IMG/VR virus record: IMGVR_UViG_3300028588_000043
Coordinates: 1-41,129 of that record
Strand: one strand, 5' to 3'
DNA length: 41,129 bases
Source of the DNA: a virus
Taxonomy: Duplodnaviria; Caudoviricetes
The notes beneath the pieces are model-generated. The model was not told the origin of the DNA and ran no database searches. It saw only the letters and a list, made by a program, of their open reading frames with translations. Shown here piece by piece: positions 35,601 to 41,129 of this stretch (its first letter is position 1; each line of letters begins with the position of its first letter). The position numbers were made by a program, and so were the translations under genes.

Positions 35601-36491
35601 CACGCACGCGGCGCCACCGTCGGCGCGCCGGCCGGCACCCAAATCGCTGGAACGGCTGCCGAACTCGTGGCTGCAAATGCCGGCGCAGTACCGGCCATGA
35701 GCCAGGCCATCAACAAGAAGCTGCAGAAAGACGGCTACGACGTCATCACGGGGTCGATTGGCCTGATGTCGAAGTTGGCCTTACTGATCGGGGACGAGAA
35801 CAACGGCGTCTGGATCGGCAGCGAAGGGATCGTACTGGTTCAGGGTGGCATCATCAAGGTGACGATCCCCATCACCGGCAACCCGACGTTCGCCGGCGAG
35901 CTGATTGCCGCGATGGGCACGCTTGGAATTCTTCGTCTTGCTGCGAACGGCAGTATTTCATCTGGCGATTTCACCGGCTGGGCTTGGCCGGATTCGCGGG
36001 CGCTGGGTCGGCCAGTCACGGGATTCTATCTGGGCTCCGAAGGTCTCCTCATGGGAGATTACTACGCCGGCAAATACGTCCAGATCAGGGCGGACGGGAA
36101 TATCTACTCTCAACGGTTCCGCATCGTAGACGGTCAGGTATTCATGGATGGCCCTACCATCACCACCCCGGACTTCGGGGCGAAGACCGTCAGCGGCTTG
36201 TACGACTCACGGGGCGCTGAGGGCCTCCCCATCAATACCACTCAGGTCATCGGATCGTACTCGGTCACGATGGTCGGGGCCGTGGGCGCCGCCACCGCGC
36301 AGTTCTCCTTCCAGACCGACAGCGGGAAAGTGACTCTTGCGGTCAATGGAAATTCTGTGGTCGTGTACGGGCGGTCGGGCAACGGCCGGTGCCAGGGCAC
36401 GCTGAATGTCACCATGACGGACTCGAACGGCATGGGCGCCACAGGCAGCTGCTATATCGACGCAGGCTTTGGAAATGGAGTGCCGATTTGA
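32679..36491 (+). CDS. Tail fibre / host-specificity protein
   Basis: Start at ATG 32679 (MAEIVNDRD), 1270 aa. Collagen-like GEPGQPGQPGQPGGPGKQG, LSAITANLG motif, two carbohydrate-binding-like domains (RNLVPDSGFE, SNLVKKGTFE) and an Ala-rich coiled-coil repeat. Confidence 0.85.
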   Translation: MAEIVNDRDLLIMAAVPRFTPPTDRGMFLTPPAAIFRASGDGSTSTPPSFTFKATLLNMAGQVSFAASNGAKLTVNAAKNEATLDYAAYLAAGAEAVFITAAITVDGEPYTQQAVVTKVADGAQGIDGAQTGVARLYQFSTTVPAKPTGGSTFTWAGAWNGAYTGTDGWGVTAPANPGTPGLRLYVASVSVSAAAKATTTAVSYTGATVEAWAQNGAKGDTGTSGVQSGVATVYQWAATIPGGPTGNALFRWASNAFGEAPAGWDLTPGAAPSLGMTLWAASVHLVDAAANGDTAFNWQSASIMAIGYAGTNGEPGQPGQPGQPGGPGKQGASYVTAYIASSAIAANGAPAQTAGRDSLPAANSSGLAGAWSAAVPTLADGQRMYQTDGIYDPTTDKVTWSIPYWSSLKVATLSAITANLGNITGGSLNIGNGKFTVDASGNVTMSSFILFDPNTGKAILQAGGLINPDFLPASVKNSEIQVGGRNLVPDSGFERGLYPFSERSGGFNWLTTTNAVNAGAPYVGTRLLYMDGGQTGNGTMFDYWAYTGGPKTKVEPGKQYMISFYYKGGADGQFGHTSSYIRRSDGEHEPLLLPAFGNGTTWTRQVHHWTCPAGVTEIEFRFGVVTMGYWWLGVDCLQVEEGNKETDWNLAQEDVTADAQARADAAANWSVEAGHIYAAAQAELARTTAQAYADGKVTAEEQRAIDDATAKANAARIAAIEAAAADAQAKADAAANWAVEAGHIYAAAQAELARVNAQAHADGIVTDAEQRLIEDATNKAEAARVAAVDAAAADATAKAAVAATMSTWAGTSGRPTDISNLVKKGTFEDNQKGTWSGDSYLAAVDQVGAENVPLKVSLLSHSRDCYEDGNPSPITPGETIYVSGWLGTQDTGYACGFGFAVLNKDGAVRSWAPVITLAPRQPWKYQEGSWTVPSTMVGYDGVTFIPSGLIPWIQQDCPPDAPNYLRVDGLWIGRHARGATVGAPAGTQIAGTAAELVAANAGAVPAMSQAINKKLQKDGYDVITGSIGLMSKLALLIGDENNGVWIGSEGIVLVQGGIIKVTIPITGNPTFAGELIAAMGTLGILRLAANGSISSGDFTGWAWPDSRALGRPVTGFYLGSEGLLMGDYYAGKYVQIRADGNIYSQRFRIVDGQVFMDGPTITTPDFGAKTVSGLYDSRGAEGLPINTTQVIGSYSVTMVGAVGAATAQFSFQTDSGKVTLAVNGNSVVVYGRSGNGRCQGTLNVTMTDSNGMGATGSCYIDAGFGNGVPI
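34650..35080 (+). repeat. Two-copy 204-bp (68-aa) coiled-coil repeat within the tail fibre
   Basis: AANWSVEAGHIYAAAQAELAR and AANWAVEAGHIYAAAQAELAR, with AACTGG at 34680 and 34884. Confidence 0.85.
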
Positions 36492-37096
36492 AAATCAACT
36501 ACGTTGCAAAACACATCACTGGGGTCATCATCGCCGGCTGCCAGGGCGATGACCCCGATGCGGGGCCGGCCTACCCGCTCCCGGCGTGCCCAGAGGGCTG
36601 CCAGTGGATCGAGGTGGGCGAGCCGTTCACCCGTGCCGGGCGCGCCGACAGTGAGGAAGCGCGCCTGGTCGACGGCGCGGTCGTGTGGGTCGAGACTGCG
36701 GCGCTGGCCGACGTCATCGAACAGGTCCTGGACCAGATCGACGCCGATGCCGATACCGCGCGCGTGTCGGTGCTGATCAAGACCACCAAGGCCGAGGAGT
36801 ACATGCAGGCCGAGACCCAGGCGCGCGCGTGGCAGGAGGCCGACTACGCCGGCGACGCGCCGCCCGACGTGGCCAGTTGGGCCGCAGCCAAGTGGCGCGA
36901 CAAGCTGACCGACCAGCAAGCAGCCGAGAGCATTCTGGCGCAAGCCGACCAGTACCGCGCGCTGCTGAGCGGGATCCGGGCGCTTCGCCTGCGGCACATG
37001 GAGGACGCCCGGCACGCGGCCGACGCCGCCGGCGCCCGCGCCGTCCTGTCCACCTTCACCACCGAACTTTCCAACCTGATGAAAGGAACCGCATGA
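36488..37096 (+). CDS. Putative tail fibre assembly protein
   Basis: The TTG start overlaps the fibre stop. 202 aa with EY..AE.QARAW...PPDVASWA...AA.SILAQA pattern. Confidence 0.65.
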   Translation: MKINYVAKHITGVIIAGCQGDDPDAGPAYPLPACPEGCQWIEVGEPFTRAGRADSEEARLVDGAVVWVETAALADVIEQVLDQIDADADTARVSVLIKTTKAEEYMQAETQARAWQEADYAGDAPPDVASWAAAKWRDKLTDQQAAESILAQADQYRALLSGIRALRLRHMEDARHAADAAGARAVLSTFTTELSNLMKGTA

Positions 37097-37917
37097 ACAA
37101 CATGCGCGTCGTGTACGACAACGCGCTCGAGCGTGCGCAGCTGTCGGCGTCGAGTGAGGCAAGTCCCCAGATGGCGGCCGCCAAGCTGCGCATCGACGAC
37201 AAGGACACGCTCTGGCGCGCCGCCGGCAAGACAGCGGCCCTCACGCTTACCTGGCCAGCGGCCGAGGTGCTGTCGTGCTGTGCGCTCGCGTTCTGCAACT
37301 TCTCGCCGACTGCGACAATTCGCGTGCGTGGCTATTCAGACGCCGCCGGCACCGCCCAGGTGCTCGACACTGGCGTCCAGCCGGCCTGCCCGGCGCCGGC
37401 GGTTCGACTGCGCGGCTGGGCAGCGGCGCAAGCCGCAAGCGCATACGCATATGGCGGTGGCGCGCTCGCGCGCATCTGGTTCCCTGAAGTGGCGGTGCAA
37501 CGCATTGTTGTCGACGTCGCGGATCCAGGCAGCCTGCAAGGCTACCTGGAGGCGGCCTGCCTGATAGTAGGGCGTTATTTCTCGGCGCGGTACAACGCAT
37601 CCGATGCATCTATGACGTCCGTGGACACCACCGAGCTGTATCGCAAAGCATCTGGCGCTCAGGGGGCAGACCCAGGTTTCACATACCGCCGCCTGTCGAT
37701 CGACTTGTCGAGGGTGTCGCCTGCGGATCGAGGCAGTGTCGTGAGCCTTTTGCGCAACAGCCGGGGCTGCCCGGTCCTGATCAGTGTGTTCCCGGGATCG
37801 CAGGACTTTGAACTCGAGCGCGACAACATGATCTACGGCCGCCGCACGAAGGATTCCGACATCTCTACCCAGTACGGCCTGAATTATTCCACCACCCTTG
37901 AAATCGAGGAGATCTGA
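37093..37917 (+). CDS. Minor tail protein
   Basis: Start at ATG 37093 (MNNMRVVYDN), AAGGA RBS, ATGA overlap. 274 aa. Confidence 0.7.
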   Translation: MNNMRVVYDNALERAQLSASSEASPQMAAAKLRIDDKDTLWRAAGKTAALTLTWPAAEVLSCCALAFCNFSPTATIRVRGYSDAAGTAQVLDTGVQPACPAPAVRLRGWAAAQAASAYAYGGGALARIWFPEVAVQRIVVDVADPGSLQGYLEAACLIVGRYFSARYNASDASMTSVDTTELYRKASGAQGADPGFTYRRLSIDLSRVSPADRGSVVSLLRNSRGCPVLISVFPGSQDFELERDNMIYGRRTKDSDISTQYGLNYSTTLEIEEI

Positions 37918-38417
37918 TGCTCGCAGCAGAAGCCAATCAGCCGCGCGGCGGCTACGTCACCATCCGGCTCACCAGCCGATGGCCCTGGAACCCGCTCAGC
38001 CTGGCGATCGGCATTGCATCCGGTAGCCGCCAGTTCAGCCACGCCGTCGGCATCATCGAAGGCCGGGCATACGAGGCATCGATGACACACGGCTGCCGCG
38101 CCGGCGCCGTCGACGAGTTGATGACGGGCGTCGTTGTCTACCGCGACATGCAGGTTTGGGTACCGGACATCGATGCCGCGCGCGAGTTCGCCGAGGCGCA
38201 GGTGGGAAAGGGCTACGACTGGCTGGGCGCCGTCGGCATTCCGTTCACCTACTCGGAAGAGTGGTCGGACGACAGCTGCTGGTGGTGCTCCGACCTGGTC
38301 TTCGCGATCCTGCTGGCCGGCGGCGAGCGCCTGTTCGATCCCGACGTCATGCGGCGCGTGCGCCCTGTCGATCTGCAGATGGTCGACATCCCGAAGGGCG
38401 AGATTGCTTATGCATAA
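37917..38417 (+). CDS. Permuted papain-like (NlpC/P60 superfamily, YaeF/YiiX-like) enzyme
   Basis: FSHAVG (His), AYEAS, VGKGYDW and WWCSDLV (Cys) occur in the permuted His-before-Cys order. Confidence 0.8.
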   Translation: MLAAEANQPRGGYVTIRLTSRWPWNPLSLAIGIASGSRQFSHAVGIIEGRAYEASMTHGCRAGAVDELMTGVVVYRDMQVWVPDIDAAREFAEAQVGKGYDWLGAVGIPFTYSEEWSDDSCWWCSDLVFAILLAGGERLFDPDVMRRVRPVDLQMVDIPKGEIAYA

Positions 38418-38433
38418 ACCACACAGGCCAAAA

Positions 38434-38477
38434 CCGTCCCAGTTTTCCGAGAACTGAAACAGCGGAATCTTCATCAT
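38434..38477 (+). promoter_or_regulatory. Late promoter motif, copy 3 (lysis operon)
   Basis: CCGTCCCAGTTTTCCGAGAACTGAAACAG 38434-38462, then CATCAT at 38472-38477. Confidence 0.75.
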
Positions 38478-38491
38478 TAAAACACGCCCCC

Positions 38492-38513
38492 AACCCGCTT
38501 CGGCGGGTTTTTT
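38492..38513 (+). terminator. Intrinsic terminator-like hairpin before the lysis genes
   Basis: AACCCGC-TTCG-GCGGG followed by T6. Confidence 0.8.
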
Positions 38514-38535
38514 AACGCCCACCGAAAAGGCAAAA

Positions 38536-38739
38536 ATGAATATTCCAAGCGCATCCGAGGCAGGCAGCTACGCCGGCGCCATCGTGGCGATCGCGACGTC
38601 GCTGACCCTCACGCAGTGGGGGATTGCCGTCGGCATCGCCACTGCGCTGGCGACGTTCTTCCTGAACTGGTTTTACATGCGCCGCCGCGACGCGCGCGAA
38701 GAGCTGGCGCTGCAGCTGCAGCTGGGAGTGAAGCAATGA
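38536..38739 (+). CDS. Holin
   Basis: 67 aa with hydrophobic segment(s), NWFYMRRRD and a charged C-terminus. First gene of the lysis cassette. Confidence 0.75.
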   Translation: MNIPSASEAGSYAGAIVAIATSLTLTQWGIAVGIATALATFFLNWFYMRRRDAREELALQLQLGVKQ

Positions 38740-38990
38740 TGGCCCAGCTCAAGACCTGGCTTCTGCTGGCGCGCAAGAGCGTCTGGGCGGTGCTGCTGCT
38801 GGCCTACCCGTTCGCCGACCAGATCATCGCCACCATCGAGGGCTGGTTGCCGGCCCTGGCGCCATACCTGGGCGCCGACACCTTCCGCTACATGGGCTTG
38901 GCCATCGCGGCCGCTAAGGTCGCGCTGCAGATCTACCGCGGCGTGTTGCAGCTGAAGGCGCTGCTGGCCACCAAAACGGGAGGTGCATGA
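38736..38990 (+). CDS. Second small membrane protein (holin/antiholin-like)
   Basis: Start at ATG 38736 (MMAQLKTW), 84 aa with two hydrophobic segments. Confidence 0.6.
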   Translation: MMAQLKTWLLLARKSVWAVLLLAYPFADQIIATIEGWLPALAPYLGADTFRYMGLAIAAAKVALQIYRGVLQLKALLATKTGGA

Positions 38991-38991
38991 G

Positions 38992-39486
38992 ATGGCGAAC
39001 GACCAGACCAAGAAGTCGCCGCGCCGCGGCCTGCTGGCCATAGTCGGCGCCGCGGCGGCCGCCTCGCTGCTGGTGTTCACGCCGGTGCAGGAAGGGCGCG
39101 TGCTGAAGACCTACCGCGACATCGGTGGCGTCCTGACCTACTGCGACGGTGCCACCGAGAACGCCCAGGCCGGCAAGACCTACACGCCGGCCGAGTGCGA
39201 CGTGCAGCTGGATCGTGACCTCGAGCGGCATGCCGCAGGTATTGCCCAGTGCGTGCCGATGGACAGCCTGACCGATGGCCAGAAGGTGGCCTTCGTCGAC
39301 GCCGCCTTCAACATCGGCGTGTCGGCGTTCTGCGGCTCGAGCATGGCACGCAAGGCGAAGGCCGGCGACATGGCCGGCGCCTGCGACGCGCTGCTGCTGT
39401 GGAACCGGGCCGGCGGTCGCGAGGTGGCCGGCCTGACGAAGCGGCGCCAGCGCGAGCGCGAGCTGTGCCGCCAGGGTTTGCGGTGA
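38992..39486 (+). CDS. Endolysin, GH24 lysozyme with SAR-like N-terminus
   Basis: E-X8-D-X5-T triad (EGRVLKTYRDIGGVLT), FNIG and GLTKRRQRE motifs. Gly/Ala-rich N-terminal segment after basic residues. Confidence 0.92.
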   Translation: MANDQTKKSPRRGLLAIVGAAAAASLLVFTPVQEGRVLKTYRDIGGVLTYCDGATENAQAGKTYTPAECDVQLDRDLERHAAGIAQCVPMDSLTDGQKVAFVDAAFNIGVSAFCGSSMARKAKAGDMAGACDALLLWNRAGGREVAGLTKRRQRERELCRQGLR

Positions 39487-39857
39487 TCGGCGCCACGCTG
39501 GCGCGCCTGGCGCCGTACAAGTTGCTTCTCGCTGCCGTGCTGGCGTTCGGCGCTGGCTGGGCCGTCAACGGCTGGCGGCTCGGCGCCGAGCTGGCGGGCG
39601 AGAAGGCCGCGCGCGCCCAAGACCAAGCCACCCAGGCCGGCGCCGCGCTGTCCGCGGTGCAGGTCGATGCCTTGGCGATCCGCCAGGCCGCCACCGAGTA
39701 CGCGGCCGCCCAATCCACCCTCGCGCCCAAACTAGCGGCGCTCACCAAGGAGCTGCGCAATGCGAAGCCTCTTCCCGCTGATTGCCGCCCTGATGCTGTC
39801 CGGGTGCGCAACCTCGACGCCGCCATCGACGCCGCCAACCAGGCCGCCGCTCGATAG
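39483..39857 (+). CDS. Inner-membrane spanin (Rz-like)
   Basis: The GTG start overlaps the endolysin stop. N-terminal TM, helical periplasmic part and a C-terminal Cys. 124 aa. Confidence 0.8.
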   Translation: MIGATLARLAPYKLLLAAVLAFGAGWAVNGWRLGAELAGEKAARAQDQATQAGAALSAVQVDALAIRQAATEYAAAQSTLAPKLAALTKELRNAKPLPADCRPDAVRVRNLDAAIDAANQAAAR

Positions 39858-40002
39858 CGCTCTGGCGGCGCCGTGCCCTGCCGTCGAGAAACCTGAATCG
39901 CCCGAGTACGACGTGTGGCAGGCCTGGGCAATCAATCTGCTGCGCCAGTACGCCGAGTGCGCGGCACGGCATGTCAAAACGGTACAGGCTTGGCCCAAGT
40001 AA
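39760..40002 (+). CDS. Outer-membrane spanin lipoprotein (Rz1-like)
   Basis: Signal peptide with LSGC lipobox, Pro-rich linker and ECAARH. Overlaps Rz in another frame. Confidence 0.85.
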   Translation: MRSLFPLIAALMLSGCATSTPPSTPPTRPPLDSALAAPCPAVEKPESPEYDVWQAWAINLLRQYAECAARHVKTVQAWPK

Positions 40003-40174
40003 GCGACGGTATCGGTCGGCGCTCCAACGGTAGCGCGAGCACCCGCGCAGCCACTTCGTCAGGCACTCCACTGAGCACGAACATTACGGACGCTTCAAGC
40101 CAAGTCACCTCGGGCAATAGAATCAAAGCCAGGTCGACCCGGCTGGCAGTGAGGTGGTCTGTGCGCATTTCCAT
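39974..40174 (-). CDS. Hypothetical small protein
   Basis: MEMRTDHLTASRVDLAL..., 66 aa, convergent with the lysis cassette. Confidence 0.45.
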   Translation of the reverse strand: MEMRTDHLTASRVDLALILLPEVTWLEASVMFVLSGVPDEVAARVLALPLERRPIPSLTWAKPVPF

Positions 40175-40266
40175 GGCGCCACAATACATCCGGCCTTCAT
40201 CGCAGAGGTGAGCCTTCTCAACAGTGCTAAACTTTCTCCATTTATCACAATGGTCTGAGGCTCACG

Positions 40267-40632
40267 ATGGCGATGACATCCTGCACAACATGTGCCAAGG
40301 AGATATCCAAGGAAGCGTCCTCCTGCCCACACTGCGGGCAACCTAGCCCGGCGATGAAGTCAGGGACGCGTGCTCTGTGGGCCTTGTTTGTGTTGGGCTT
40401 GTTCGGCTGGTGGTTCTTCGGCGGTGGCTTGACGTCGCACGTCGACGATCAGATGGTGCAGCAAGCGTTGGCCGAGTACCAGATTGCCTGGCGTAGTAAC
40501 GACAAAATGCAGTCTTGCGTGCATGCAGGGATCGTAGCAGCTGCGTATATGCAAGCCAAAGACGAAGCCAACTATAACCAGTGGCTGTCGATCGAAAAGA
40601 AAGAATGCAAAGCAGCTGGAGTTCCTCGCTAA
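40267..40632 (+). CDS. Zinc-ribbon membrane protein (moron)
   Basis: CTTCAKEISKEASSCPHCG zinc ribbon, one TM helix, then a C-terminal domain with two Cys. GAGG RBS. Confidence 0.8.
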   Translation: MAMTSCTTCAKEISKEASSCPHCGQPSPAMKSGTRALWALFVLGLFGWWFFGGGLTSHVDDQMVQQALAEYQIAWRSNDKMQSCVHAGIVAAAYMQAKDEANYNQWLSIEKKECKAAGVPR

Positions 40633-40662
40633 CCACAGCAAGGGTATGCACGAGGTCTGTTA

Positions 40663-40914
40663 TTGATCATGCCATTCAAGCCACCTTTGACCAAAGACCA
40701 GCTGCGCGAGATCCAGGACCGTAACGTGGACTCGCCTGATGTCCGGATGCTGCTATGGGAAGTCGCGCGTCTGCGATCGCTGATTCTGCGGGCGGACCAG
40801 CTGCAGCGGACGCTTGGGAGTTTAGGGGGCGGGCCAGGGCTCGTGCTGTCGGCGTTTCGAAACGAACTTAAGGACGAGCCATGCGTCCGGGAGTTCCCTA
40901 GGTTGAATGAGTAA
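40663..40914 (+). CDS. Hypothetical protein
   Basis: 83 aa with PPLT...DVRMLLWEVARLR, followed by a terminator. Confidence 0.7.
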   Translation: MIMPFKPPLTKDQLREIQDRNVDSPDVRMLLWEVARLRSLILRADQLQRTLGSLGGGPGLVLSAFRNELKDEPCVREFPRLNE

Positions 40915-40938
40915 AAGCCACCCGCGAGGTGGCTTTTT
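40913..40938. terminator. Bidirectional intrinsic terminator
   Basis: AAAAGCCACC-CGCGA-GGTGGCTTTTT, with an A-tract before and a T-tract after the stem. Confidence 0.85.
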
Positions 40939-40940
40939 CA

Positions 40941-40961
40941 CGGCGTAGCTTTTAGCGTAAC
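40941..40961. promoter_or_regulatory. Candidate integrase arm-type binding sites, right arm
   Basis: CGGCGTAGCTTTT 40941-40953 is the exact reverse complement of 337-349. TTTTAGCGTA 40950-40959 equals 265-274. Confidence 0.65.
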
Positions 40962-40983
40962 TTTCGCGCTGCCGGCTATCTGT

Positions 40984-41076
40984 TCATAGGTGAATACACC
41001 CATGCATCATGGGAGTGTGCTTTTCGGTCGCGAGGCGTTTCGCCGCGTCGGCATTGATTTCGCGTGGGACGTTCAT
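40984..41076 (-). pseudogene. mutS: Displaced native 5' end of mutS
   Basis: ATG 41076 reads MNVPREINADAAKRLATEKHTPMM, then HGCIHL-stop in phage DNA. Excision would rejoin it in frame to the mutS body. Confidence 0.8.
41003..41022. repeat. Right attachment-site core (20 bp)
   Basis: Identical to 108-127. Confidence 0.95.
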
Positions 41077-41129
41077 GGGGCCAGGTTGCTAGGGGCCGGG
41101 CAGGGAAGAGCTGGGCCAGGACCGCCATT

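Larger units (their letters stand above)
108..41022. mobile_element. Temperate siphovirus-like prophage integrated in mutS (predicted excised circle 40,895 bp)
   Basis: Bounded by the 20-bp direct repeats. Contains integrase, excisionase, CI/Cro, replication, packaging, head, tail and lysis modules. No tail sheath gene is seen. Confidence 0.95.

Noticed and set aside
32679-37917. Diversity-generating retroelement or invertible tail-fibre cassette
   Set aside because: No reverse transcriptase, no invertase and no adenine-specific TR/VR pair seen. The 204-bp repeat differs mostly at synonymous positions of all base types.
128-41002. LexA (CTGT-N8-ACAG) boxes or tRNA genes in intergenic regions
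   Set aside because: None recognised by eye in the intergenic gaps. A motif scan and tRNAscan would be needed to exclude them.

Overview
The window is an apparently complete ~40.9 kb temperate siphovirus-type prophage integrated into the 5' end of the host mismatch-repair gene mutS. The host is GC-rich and probably a betaproteobacterium (inference from sequence style). An exact 20-bp direct repeat, TGCATCATGGGAGTGTGCTT, lies at 108-127 and 41003-41022 and encodes the MutS KHTPMM motif on the minus strand. The native mutS 5' end is stranded at the right edge, while the phage left end supplies a new in-frame N-terminus. Left to right the modules are: integrase, an AT-rich HExxH (Lit/peptidase-U49-like) moron, AlpA-type excisionase and an early leftward operon, a CI/Cro switch with visible operators, a CII-like gene apparently cut by a premature amber stop, a TOPRIM primase-helicase followed by an iteron-like repeat region, lambda-type terminase, a Mor-like activator, gpW and portal. 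Then come an unusual six-gene insert between portal and the protease-capsid fusion, a non-contractile tail module with a -1 frameshift chaperone, tape measure, a mosaic tail fibre, a permuted papain-like enzyme, the lysis cassette and three right-end morons. A 29-bp dyad motif recurs before the three late operons. All product calls come from motif recognition and synteny; no database searches were run.
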